From: Parasitella parasitica NRRL 2501
Taxonomy: Eukaryota; Fungi; Mucoromycota
Assembly: GCA_025201805.1 (NCBI GenBank)
Contig: MU619260.1
Location: 226,405 to 290,404, forward strand
Length of the DNA stretch: 64,000 nucleotides
Direction: 5' to 3'
Program-made: the position numbers and the translations under genes
Shown: positions 1 to 11,706 of the stretch, piece after piece
Layout of the letters: the number at the start of each line of letters is the position of its first letter
Position numbering within the stretch: position 1 is the first letter of the stretch
The notes under the pieces: generated by a model
Databases searched by the model: none
What the model was told of the DNA's origin: nothing
The model's input: the letters and a program-made list of their open reading frames with translations, nothing else

Positions 1-152
1 TTAGTGTTATATTCTACCGAATAAAATAATCTTCTTCATCAAAGTCGCTATTTGTATACTGTCTATATGAGATTCATTTTTAGATTTTGTAGATGCCTCC
101 AAATATTGTGAGTTTGATTTGAGATTGATTTAGGAACGATAAACTATTAATT

Positions 153-2535
153 TTGCCACCTCTCTCTTCAACATTTAACCAATTTCTCAAAATGAACAAA
201 AAGCCAGTTTTACATGGTCTTAGACCTGATTTCACTTTTGACAGAAATACTTGCAACATTTTGAAAATTAATCCGATTTTCTCCTCATTACCAGCTGTAA
301 AGTGGAGTGACATAAATCAGCTAGTCAGTTCTTACGTAGAGAAAAATGAAAGTGACATAGTTGACGCAGATAAAGCTTTTTCACAAATTTGCAACTCTTT
401 AGAAACGATTTGCAAGAAAAGGCGCAAGCATTTAGCTCTTCTCTCTTACTGTACCGATCTTTTACGTTTTCTCAAACAAATCAAAAATAAAAAGCAGTTC
501 AAATCAAAATTTGCAAGCAAATTACACGAATTGGAAGAACAGACTTTAGATACTCAGGCGCGTCAAGAGGGCTACACTAATGGAGTTCGACTAGCAATCA
601 TTGGCGGTAGAGGATATGCAAACACACTTGATAAAGAAAGAAGGGAAGAACGTTATGAAATAAACTCAGTTGACAGCGAGAGAGAAACTGATCCAGTCAA
701 AAGCCAACAAGAAGCAGTTGAAGTATTGTTGCATTGCAACGAAAATCCTAATATACCAGATACGGAAGCCAATTTTCTTTTCAAGGTAACATGTCACTTT
801 TGGTTGTATTTTCCTTATTGAGCCAACCGGTGTTATATTTTTCAGAGAGAGCGTGATTGTTTTTATGCTAAAGTTGATAGCAACAATAGACGTAAGAGGA
901 TCTCTGTAGGAACAGCTATCAAGTATGATGCTTTATTGAAATACGAACTATTCAAAAAAGAAATTAGTTTAAATAGCTTTGAAAGAAAAAACATGAGGTA
1001 GGCATTATCAATTGATATTTGAACCAATTTCATACTATCAGCTAAACAATTATATAGCACGGGGCTATCGTCTACTTTGGATTTGATAGACTTGACAGAT
1101 GAAGGACAAGCCTGTAATTTTGAGCAACAGGAATGGCAAGAGATAATGAGTTCGCTGATGGCCAAATACGCCAGTAACAAAAAATGTCATGTTCCTCAAG
1201 AGATAGTTACTACATGGGAGATCATCACATCGGTAAATTGATAATAGTTTTTCATTAAAAAGAAAACTCACTAAATCATGTCTTTTCGCTGTGATACAGC
1301 TATCACAACGAGATAATGGATTTGAACTTGGGTAAAAATATATCACAGAGTTAGAGGAAGCGCCAGGGTACAAACCTTTTTTAAAATACTTATCTGTCTT
1401 ACAAGTTTGGTAAAGGGTCTATAACAAACAGTGAGTTTACGCACATATGTCTAATACTTTCACTTTGTTTTTACTAGCTTGAATATAATGGAAAACAATT
1501 CAAGGCTATTAGAAAAAAGATACGCTAATCGTTTTACTGAATACGATTATTTAGGAAAAATTTGGATTCCTTTGTTCGACTCAATCTTGGCAATAAACGG
1601 TTCGACAATTAGATTGAAAAGGTTTTTATCTGAAGCTCAATAAAAAGCTATTATAAGCATACTGACATCGTTTATATGTAGTGGAGAGAGCATAAATAGT
1701 AGTAGCACCGGAAACAAAGAAGAGCAATATGAATCAAGCAAATCGGTCAAGGGGTTTAAGATTGATTTAAGATTCATTTACGACACAGACGAAGATGAAT
1801 ACGATGTCGGTGCTGGTGAAGCTGCCAAGACGAACAATGATGATAAACTTTTGCAAGACCTCGGAAAAGTTATTAGAGAATCAAAAGATGTATTAGATGG
1901 CCTCCTAAATATTGTGATGGAAGAAAGTATTGCGAAGTCGTTGTCTGCGTGGTTTGTGCAAATTTGTGGTCTCCAAGGCGAAATAGCATCTGTTCACTTA
2001 GCTTTTGATGGTTTGTATGTGGCTGTACCACAGGGAAAGCTAAAGTTCCCTACAAGTATCGCAACAATGGGCGATTTTCTGGGCACTTTCAGCTCTATGC
2101 TATTATTTGTGGTAAGCAATCTATAATAAAAAGAATGAACAAGCTGTCTTACCCTTTATATTTATTTATTTTTGTAGTCAAAACTAGAAAAATGTGCTAT
2201 TGACATAAAGTCTGCCATTGAACAACTGGAAAACAGAAGGAGCTCCATGGGTTTTACGTTCAATAGAGCAAGACCATTAATTGAAGGCCATCAAAGATCA
2301 GAATGGATGAGGCCGACTTGGTATTCCCCACCCCGTCAGCAACAAGCCAATTCGCAACTGCTTTGGAAGAGAAGTATATTACAGTGAACCCGAGGAAGAC
2401 GCTAGTTCAGAAGCGGAGAGCGAGAGATTTGAAGAAGAAAATGCAGACGAATTTGGTTGGATCAGAAGAAATGATGGCTGGTTCAACATCCACTCAAAAA
2501 CTGTTAGCCATATTCATTACAAAAAACCCGAATAA
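153..2535 (+). pseudogene. Degenerate multi-exon gene with a C-terminal PD-(D/E)XK restriction-endonuclease-like domain (expanded Mucorales, Crinkler-REase-like family)
   Basis: Manual splicing across GT-AG introns (e.g. 2112-2177) gives TEYDYLGKIWIPLFDSIL...GFKIDLRF...YDVGAGEAAK...DKLLQDLGKVIRESKD, an E...D...ExxK pattern. There is an in-frame TAA at 1333-1335 and an apparent frameshift near 2360 before an acidic tail ending ...DEFGWIRRNDGWFN...TAA 2533-2535. The 5' end is uncertain. Confidence 0.6.
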
Positions 2536-2974
2536 GATGAATGGGTAAGTGCAATAACTAGTACACCTATCCAGCGATTTTTAGAGGCACGCAAAAGATT
2601 CAAATAATCAAACAAGAATATATGGTTTAATAATCATCGGAATCCGCCATAGAACAAACAAGTACAAGTCTCTCAATAATTAGTGTAATAGGAATCATTT
2701 CAGTGCATTACTTCTCTTATACAGCATACGGTGCGCAAGCAATGTTTTTTATTAAATTAAAAAATTGGAAGCAATGAAATGATTAAATAAACTAAAAACT
2801 ATTGCTCAGTGTAATATTTGAAAAGTTGCTATAAGTAGATTTATAGTTGAAATGGATGTTTCTTAATGGATGTTTTTTTATTGTTATAAATTGGTTTATT
2901 ATCGTATGGAGTCTCCAAAAGTCCCAAAAGTCCCTCATACATTTGGAACTCAGGACGTAGTAATTCTTGTTAAT

Positions 2975-5957
2975 TATGGCATTCACCGTAATAACAGTAG
3001 TTATTTACGGTTCAAGTCCTCAGAGATAGCTATTTCAAAGACATAAACGTATGCATTTCTGTAATCAAGATGGGTTTTGCTAAATATGCATAGCTTTCGC
3101 AAACTCTACATAAAGTCTACCTACAAACTGCCACACGTACATGTGCTTCGGCTTATGGATACACTGTATTTCTTCAAGCGTTAGATTATGCCTTTCTCAG
3201 ATTTTGATTCGTATTAGATCAACAAAGTCAATTTCAAAAAGCAACAGTTGTATATATTGAATAGGAATAATGAATGATAAGAACAATAATAAATGATGCT
3301 GACATACACTATATATAGTTTATACAATAAGGCTGCTTAGGAGGAGCCAAAAATCTCGGCTTTGTTCATTGATAGCCAATGTATTGTTTTTCCTTTCTGT
3401 ACCCTTCTTTTCTCAGCAATTCCAACAGCAGTTTTCATGACTATGTGCCTTTCCTCAGCGTACTGTTGAATCACCTTGATAATGGCATTTCTTCTCAAGA
3501 AAAACTTCTTCACACCCTCGTCGTCTCTCCATCTTGTACCATATTGGCGCTCCAAATCCAACACAGCAGGGCCACCACAGAAACCTTCCGACCACTCCCT
3601 CCAAAGATCAGTGAGTGAAACAATCCCACGACTCATATGGTATGTTGGAATTCTTGTTGTTGTCGGTGATGATGATGTTGCTGTTGCTGCTGCTGCTGCT
3701 GCTTCTGGTGTTGCCGTTGCTGTGGATTGAATGGTGTTGTTAGCACGAATTGTTTGGTTGAGAGTGGGAAGATTCACTGTGAGATTGACACTAGCTTGAC
3801 CAGTGACTAAACGAGTGATGTAGTCATTCAAGACATCTTGCTTTCTTGCTTGCTCGTTTAGTCTGGTAGAGAGGTCGCTATGTAATGTCCTTAAGCGTTC
3901 TTCCACTATAGGGATGGATCGTTGTAATAGCGTATGAGCAGGGTCGTTGTTTTGATTGATGATGGCTTTCATGCGTCTAATTAATAATATTTGGATTAGG
4001 TATCAAAATAAAAGGACAATAGACATTGGAATAAAAACACTTACTCCTTGTAATCTAGAAACATTTGATTTGTAAAGATCTCGTTCGTCCACAAAGGATG
4101 ATTTGGAAACTTTTCCATCATTACTACAGAGTCTTGTATGATGGTCTTCCTCAACATGTAAAATAGCTCAAAGCAAGCTTTTGCTGCCACTGTGATCTGT
4201 ATGGGATCTCCATTGTTCGGATTGTGTTTTTTTTCGATCATTCTTGCGTTCCATGCATCAAGTTCAGGGAATATCAACTGCGCCAGCTCTTCAGGTGGAT
4301 CCAAGGATGCCCTTGGGATGAAAAATTGTCCTTGGTGGATGGTAAATCCAGCCATGACACGCATGGCCTCCCTGGACAATCCCGTGAGATACGCACCATT
4401 CATTGTGGTATTGTTCCATCGTCCCAGACGACGTATTTGATCTTCGTGGACACCAGCAAGATCTGCCATTCTGGCAGAGCTACCACGACCGACATGCGTC
4501 TTGCTTTTAGAAAAAATATTGGCGCCATTGAGCCCTCTTGAAATCGCATCCTTATGGCTGGAATACTTCCAGGCAACAGTGGGTTGGCGCTCGTCTGACT
4601 TGAAGATCTTGGTAAAGTACCAGTCGGGTGAGGTCGTAAAGTTAGGAAACGGCTCATTTTCCATATGAAAACGCCAAAACATATATAATCCAAGGGCCAT
4701 TATTGGACAGACTTCTACTCTATTACTTCTTATACATCCACCGAGTTCAAGACGATTGTTTTTGTTTGTTTTTCCTCGTCTTAAAATCATTACTAAAGCT
4801 GGACATTCAACATCTGGCCTCATGCTTTCATTTTCAAGATTGACTGTTTGAAAATCCGTTAATTCTGCCATGATGATCGACTGACTTCTCAACAAAAAGT
4901 AATGGGAAAAAAGAAAAGCAGCAGAGGCTTTCAGATTTGAACCATGATCACGGTTTTGATCCATATAGAATTTGACAACGTTTGCAACTTGATTGATGGT
5001 TGTGTACCCATCGGCAAGTGTTCCTTCGCCTCGGTCTTCATAGTTTTCTCGTTTTGACTGGAAATCTCGATCCTTTTGCACTTTTAAGAGATCCTTGACA
5101 ATTGCTCTTGGATGCTCGTTTCCATTTGTCTTCCTTCCTACTTGGGTTCTATAGAGATCTGTGATAGCTGCAACATACTGACTGATACTCGATGATGTTA
5201 TTTTTTTGGGGGCTTTGCCCTTGCGAGATAAACGACCTATAACCTAAAATAGATGATGGATTATAAAGCTATTCTGCAGTGGATGGACAAGAGAGCAAGT
5301 TTCTCTATAACACTTTACCACTTTATGCAAGAAGTAGTTGAGTTTTTCACCAGAAACGATGGTTCGTTGTTCGAATGGTTCGTTTAAAAATGTTTTTTTC
5401 GCCCATTCTTCAAACTCTTTCGACTTTGCTTGATAGGCCTTTTTTGTAGCTAGAGGACGGATTTCTTCTGCTGCTCTTGTAGTGTCTTCAACAGCTTTTA
5501 CCATGTCATATTGAACGAAGGCTCCTGCTGTAGCATCTGCCATCTCTGTATGATTATCTTCAGGGACGGATGCAGATACGGATGCAGATGATGATGCTTC
5601 AGATGCTTCAACTGTATTCAATTCAGTGTTTTCAATAGTTTTATTTTTGTTCATATGATTAAATTGTATAATTTAAAGAGATAAAAACAAGGTCGACTGA
5701 TGACAGCATTGGAATCTCATTTTGACATTCGTGAGAATATCAATGCAGATGACGCTTATTTGTTTGAAGTCCTATTTAAGCTGGTGACTCAAGTCTGGGA
5801 CTCTATCTGGGCAGGTGAAGATAACTCCTGTTTATTTTTTTTTATTGTGAACGAATTTTTTTTTTTTTTTTTGAGCGATTATTTTCCGGAAATAGTGTAT
5901 TGCTATGGATTCGGGCATGAAGTTTGAATTGTCTGCGGGCATGGAATATATATGGCA
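2975..5957 (-). mobile_element. Putative Crypton DNA transposon (about 3 kb); boundaries tentative
   Basis: Contains the YR-GCR1_C gene. TATGGCA occurs as a direct repeat at 2975-2981 and 5951-5957, and no TIRs were seen, which fits Crypton architecture. The boundaries are not proven. Confidence 0.5.
3337..5654 (-). CDS. CryptonF-type tyrosine recombinase (Ndc10 domain II-like) fused to a GCR1_C DNA-binding domain, about 724 aa; exons 5654-5319, 5243-4045, 3976-3337
   Basis: Three ORFs join in frame through canonical introns (5318-5244, 4044-3977). YR motifs: LLRSQS (R), RGKTN (K), KTHVGR (HxxR), LGRW (W), MNGAYL (Y). The N-terminal part has YEDRGEGTLADGY. The C-terminal MSRGIVSLTDLWREWSEG...LERQYGTRWR matches GCR1_C. 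Confidence 0.88.
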
Positions 5958-6277
5958 GTTGTATTGATGCAAACTGACTTTGTCAGGTGACGGATGTCGC
6001 ACTCAGAGTGTATGTACTTGAATATTTTTGTTATTTTCAAACAGTGATATCGGCAGCAGCAGCAAGCTAGCCCTGATCAAGATTCCTGGCAGTAAGTGAA
6101 CCGGTGGGTATGAAATGATTCTCCGTGGAACAGGTCTATTGACTGAACGAACACCTTTATTAAAAAAAAAGTTAGAAATCTAGATATTCGTAACAAATAA
6201 TACTTTCCATTTGTGAGGCATATTGTCTCATCAGAGCGTATGATTGTAGAACGTGATTGACCAAGCTTTACAATAAA

Positions 6278-6700
6278 GTAACCGCCAGCTAGTAACAGCT
6301 CCGCCCATAGGGAAAGGCAACGAAGAATGCTTAGGACAAATCACTATTACCGACCAGGTTGGAGTTAAAGAACTATAGTTCAAACGTCTATGCTATGGGA
6401 ACAAAGACATGCGGTACTAATGAACAGTTGCAATAACAGCCAATGTCAACAGGACTTACGGTAAACTAAAACAAGAGCACACACAGCATCTGCACATAAT
6501 TTTCCAGTTTTTTGCAAAGGTAACCGCCAACTAGTAACATCTTCGCCCATAAGGAAAGGTAACGAAAGATGCTTAGGAAAAATTATTACCATCAACCAGG
6601 TTGGAGTTAAAGAACTATAGTTCAATCGTCTATGCTATGGGAACAAAAACATGCGGTACTAATGAACAGTTGCAATAACAGCCAATGTCAACAGGATTTA
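6278..6700. repeat. Two about 180-bp direct repeats (6278-6458 and 6520-6700), period 242 bp
   Basis: GTAACCGCCA.CTAGTAACA...ACCAGGTTGGAGTTAAAGAACTATAGTTCAA...CAGCCAATGTCAACAGGA occurs twice, with a near-identical 3' half. Confidence 0.95.
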
Positions 6701-7539
6701 TGAAGGATTACAGAGCTTTTGGAATCATGATGAAAGACAAAAAAAAAATTTATACACGCTCGTAAATAAAAATAAGAAAAATGATGACGTTATTGTCTGG
6801 AATTGAATGTGAACAGTAACAAAGCAAAACGTGGCTTAAAACCTAAAGCTACATCCCTCACACAGACCATGCGACAATCATTTCTCGACTGCCGACAAAT
6901 ATTTTTTAATTGGCGACAATATCCATCATACCGGCTTGCCACGTGCATATTGCTGTGCCTGAATACACTGTTGTAGGCAAGCTTCAACAAATAAGCTTGA
7001 TGGAAAGGATCCGATCCAATCAGCTCGAACCGCCCCCAACTGGCACTACTTTTGCACACCTTGCAGGACAATGATGTTGCGTTCCATAGCATTCCATTAT
7101 TGGTGATCTGCCTATAAGAGTTGTTTACATATCAAAGGAAGACCAGACATACATATCATTATGGCTTTGATAGCAGTTCTGCATATGATCTCTGATCAAC
7201 ACGCAGATGAGGTGGTTGGTGCATTCGCGGGTGTCTTGCCTAGTGCTTTTTGCTTTGTTTGTGCTACCGTAAAATCATTTTTGAGGAGATGTTATATTGC
7301 GTGCGTTGTCATATATTGCAATATGGTGGGGGGGGTTTATATTGAGAGACCTGAATGGTCTATTATGCTGACTGTGCAATGATGGAACTGAAAGAAGAGA
7401 AAAGAAAAAAAAAAGCCAGAGTGCGTGCTAAGTGTACGATCAAGATATAAGCTTTTGGCTTAGATCATTACACAAACGTTAAAAGAATATAATCTTTGAA
7501 GTTTTGTCTTGCGTTTTTCTTTCTTTGTTGTTACTTGAA

Positions 7540-10500
7540 ATGATGACTTTTGAAGAAAGTAGTGGTGTACCCAAAATTCTGTTCTCACAGCGAACCAAGA
7601 AAAAGTATAGCCGTGTTATAGGCTTTGGTAAGAAGAACGTCTCTGTTTGGTATGTAACAAACTGACGCCATTTTCATAGACCTTGGATCATCTGCTCTTT
7701 GCTGCTCGCTCTCCACTGACAAAAACCCAGTCATCGCGTCAGTGTTCAAAGATTGGATCAATGGCTCAAAACGAAGATCCTCGTATCCTGCTTGCATTCA
7801 GTACAAAAACTGGCCTGCTTCGACTGACGATATCAGAGTCGGTTTTAAAGGTCGTCCCAAAGTTACTGCAATTAACGATGGCGATGTCTATATCCCCAAT
7901 ATCAAAGGATATGTAACCCGATGGATTACGGAAGGCACTAGTGAGGATGGCCCTGCAGCAGACCTGGTTCTCTTCAACTTTTTTGAAGCCGTACGGGCTA
8001 ATTTCGAAAAAGTGTTCCTTGAGCTAAACAAAGATGCAGCAAAATCCTACACCCTTGACAATTGTCGATTCTGTTTCGCAGTTCCTGACAGTCTCAAGGG
8101 TAGACTGGAATACACTGGCCTTATCCGAGAAGCCTTCAAAAGGGCTGGGTTTCTCAAGGAAGACGATGATGACAATCGACTGATATTTGTCTGCGATGCA
8201 GTAGCTGCTGGCTACAACTGTCTGGCCACACCACGTATTTTTAGCGGAATTGAGCTCGAGAAAAGCTATTTAGTTGCTGATATTGGGTACGATTCAGCCA
8301 AATTCTCAGTTATCAAGGCTCAGACAACAGAGGCTGGCAGCTTTGTCGAATCCGTCATTTCAAGTGGAACTAAAGGTTATCGCAGCCTCAATGATAATTT
8401 CAGAAGCTATTTGGTAGAGAAATCTGAAACGCTTGGCTTAGACATTACCAATCTTAGACAGCTTGACCAAATTGTTGAATCGTTTGAAAAATATGAAAAG
8501 GTATATATGTACATCCATCTTGGCTCAAGCGATGTGTTAAATTTTGTGTAAATTAGGTCAAAATTGATTTGAACGATGACGAGGAAACGACGAGCTTCAA
8601 AGGCATATCTGGCTCTGTAGAAGTTAGCAACACAGATCTACGACAAGTTGTTTTCGAGCCGTTCCTGGATGGCATTTTCAGCCTGATCTACGCCCAGTGT
8701 GAGGCAAACTCCATCAAGGAAATTATTTTCCGCGGTCAGTACTGTGAAGATCCTTACTTTTATTACAAATGCAAAAAATTTACTACCGACGCTACAAAGA
8801 TGAGGAAGCTGAAGAGTATTCCTACTTGCACTGTATGGGAAAAAGAACCACAATTCATGGTTTCCAATGGTGCTGTCTCGTTTGGTCTCAGGTCGGCTTC
8901 AACACAAATCCCTACTTTGGTCAGCCAGCAGATTTCAGGAATAAAAGAAAGAGATATTCCACCTAATTCATCCACTTCACCCACTTTATCCACACTAGCC
9001 ATTTCAAACAATCAGCAACCGAACAAAGCCTCTGCGCAACCTACTGTCGTCCCTAAAGGTCACTTTGCTGTTGGAATTGGTAGGTTGAATCAAGTATCCA
9101 ATTTGAACTGGTTGTAACGATTTTCTGATCCATAGATTTTGGAACGACATTTTCCGGATGCTCTTTTGCTGATATCAGTACGGTAGATTCAAATAACAGA
9201 CGCGAGATTATTCCGGTTAATGAATGGTAAGGAGGCAGTGTGAGTTAAGAGCGAAGCATGTATTGATACCGCTCGCATTTACTCAGGCATCAGGCTCAGC
9301 CGTATCCTAAAATCTCGACAGCACTGAGATACAACGAGTACAAAAAAGAGTTCACCCAATACTGGGGTTTTGATGCCTTAGACAAGCGAAAGAAGAAAGG
9401 AGACATCAACTTGGAATTCTTTAAGCTTCTTCTGTCGCCCGATAACGTTGAGAGATTTTATGGCAAAGGAAATAGAGACATTCAGGACATCACAGATAGA
9501 CTTTTCATGTTCAATGTTGGTCCTCAAAGCGAAAGAAAAAGCAACCATATCAAAACCTTGACACCAGTGGATATCATTGCAGAATACTTGTGGAATTTCA
9601 ATGCCAAAATCAGAGAGATCTTGAACAAAAGATTTAGAGTTAGCTTTAAAGACATGAAATTACACTACGTGCTTACAGTCCCTGCCATGTGGACCGAGAC
9701 TGGTAGATCTACCATGATAGAGGCTGCAATAAAGGCTGGATTGATGAAAAGGGGCGAAGAGAAAACAGTGCAGCTTATCACTGAGCCTGAAGCAGCTGCA
9801 CTCTCCTGCGAAGAATTCATGAAGCACACTTTTAGACTTACAGACGATCTTTACAAAGAGGGCTTAAATTTCATCGTCTTTGACGCTGGCGGAGGAACTG
9901 TCGATCTGGTCACTTTCCGACAACAAAGAGTTGATGGTTATGACAGCATCCATCAAATCGGTGATGGTACTGGTGGCACTTGCGGCGCTGTTAATTTAGA
10001 CAGAAAATTCAGAGAATTGATCGAAACGTTTTATACTCAAGTAATGGGTGTGGGAGATGCAGAAGAAGAATTTTACAAGCACCACATGGATCGCTTCAAA
10101 CAAGAAATAAAGGTATGCGTTTCAGTATACCGCCAAACAGCGTGTCAGTATTTTTTCTCAATAATTATTAGGAAAATTTTATGCCTACTAATAACCCTAA
10201 ACGCGAATTTAAAATCGAATTACCAAGGTTTCCCGAGATTCCTATCGATGCTGAGCCTCAGGCGTACCCTGGATTTGATAATAATTGCAAACTAACGCCT
10301 GACAAAAAGACGTTTATAATAACAGAAAGCGATATACAAGAGCTTGTTTTTGACCCTGTCATTGAAGAAGTACTTGTGTTGCTCAAAAAACAGATTGAAA
10401 AAAGCGCCCAGTTCCCATTATCTGCTGTTCTTTTAGTTGGTGGCTTCAGTCAATCAAGATACTTGCAAAAGAGAGTCAAGGATTATTGCAAAGAGAACAA

Positions 10501-11171
10501 CATTCCGCATGTTGGCATACCCCCTGAAGGTGTAACGGCTATTTCTCGAGGCGCCGTATCTTATTTTTTGGATCCTCGCCTAGTATCAAAGAAAAGCGCC
10601 AATGTTTCGTACGCCATTCAAGTTGACCTGCCAAACAGAGAAGGTGATAAAAGCCATTTGGCTTATTTTATTCGAAAAGGTACTCCTATTGAAGTGGAAG
10701 AAACACTGTATCAGCAAACTGTCTCTGTTAACTACCCTGAAAGTGCTGTCATTGGTAATTATTTTGACCTTGCGTTGTTTATGGATAAATGCTAAATTCC
10801 TTTTATTAGCACTCTTTTCCAGAGATGAAAAGACAATGCCTGATAAAAACGATCGAATCGAAGCATTTCAATCAAATGAACAAAATGATATCAAAAAAGT
10901 AGCCGAATATGTAATTGATTTACCTGAAAATCAATCCATTAAAAACGGCACACCTGTCCAGCTGGAGATATCCTTGAAAATGACTGTAGAGGGGGTATCG
11001 CTCAACATAAAGAGCCTCAATTCTCTCATTAAAATAGAGCAGAGTGGACAAATTGATGAGGCTGCTTCTATCCTTTTTGAGAGGATCCAACCTGAACCTT
11101 TGAATATCCACTTGAATGCGGAAAAAGTTCATTCTTTTAATATTTTCTCCATTTTTTCATCCAAAAAGTAA
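7540..11171 (+). CDS. Hsp70-superfamily (HSPA12-like) protein with two tandem actin-like ATPase domains; exons 7540-7627, 7680-8500, 8557-9079, 9136-9226, 9287-10112, 10172-10754, 10810-11171
   Basis: All exons join in frame. Domain 2 has VGIDFGTTFSG, TVPAMW, ITEPEAAA, VFDAGGGTVDL, LLVGGFSQSRYL and AISRGA. Domain 1 has diverged equivalents: IGFDLGSS, AVPDSL, VCDAVAAG, VADIGYDSAKF, IFRGQYCEDPYF and MVSNGA. Confidence 0.85.
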
Positions 11172-11706
11172 TAGATCTGAAAAAAAAATTTGGACAAAGT
11201 ATAATAAAGTTAGCTTTATGTGTTGTCAGGTAGCCAGTTTTCTTCTATGATTTGCACTACAAGATATTGGATGTCCATGTACAGATTTACGACCTAGATG
11301 TTAAAGGATCAATGCCGTAATTTACGACTTTTTTGGACTCTTTTCGAGGGTTGAAGTTGCTTTATAGTTCTAAAAATCATCTGCTCGATCCTTTTTGTAA
11401 GGTACAAGTATCTGATACAAAGTAGCAGTTGTACATAACATTCGTGAGCGGTCAGATCCGCTCATTGTAAACATCATCGGAGTTTTATTCATAATGTTAA
11501 TATTCAATTTCCGTTCAGGGCTGATGTTTGATTAATTCAATTTTAGGCTTTTTGCAAGTGAATCAAAGATGAAGTAACTGCCATGATAATTTATTTGATA
11601 AAATGTTAATGATATGTAACAAGTATTAAGAAAAAAATAAAACGAGAAAATATAATATTACAAATTTAGAATTTATGCTATACAAAGTTTTGATGTCTGA
11701 CATGTT

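Noticed and set aside
3009-3030. GGTTCAAGTCC resembling a tRNA T-loop/B-box
   Set aside because: The T-stem does not pair beyond 2 bp, and no acceptor, D or anticodon arms can be built.
6278-6700. CRISPR-like or LTR-pair interpretation of the direct repeat
   Set aside because: Only two long units in a eukaryote, no spacers or cas genes, no TG...CA ends and no internal retroelement sequence.
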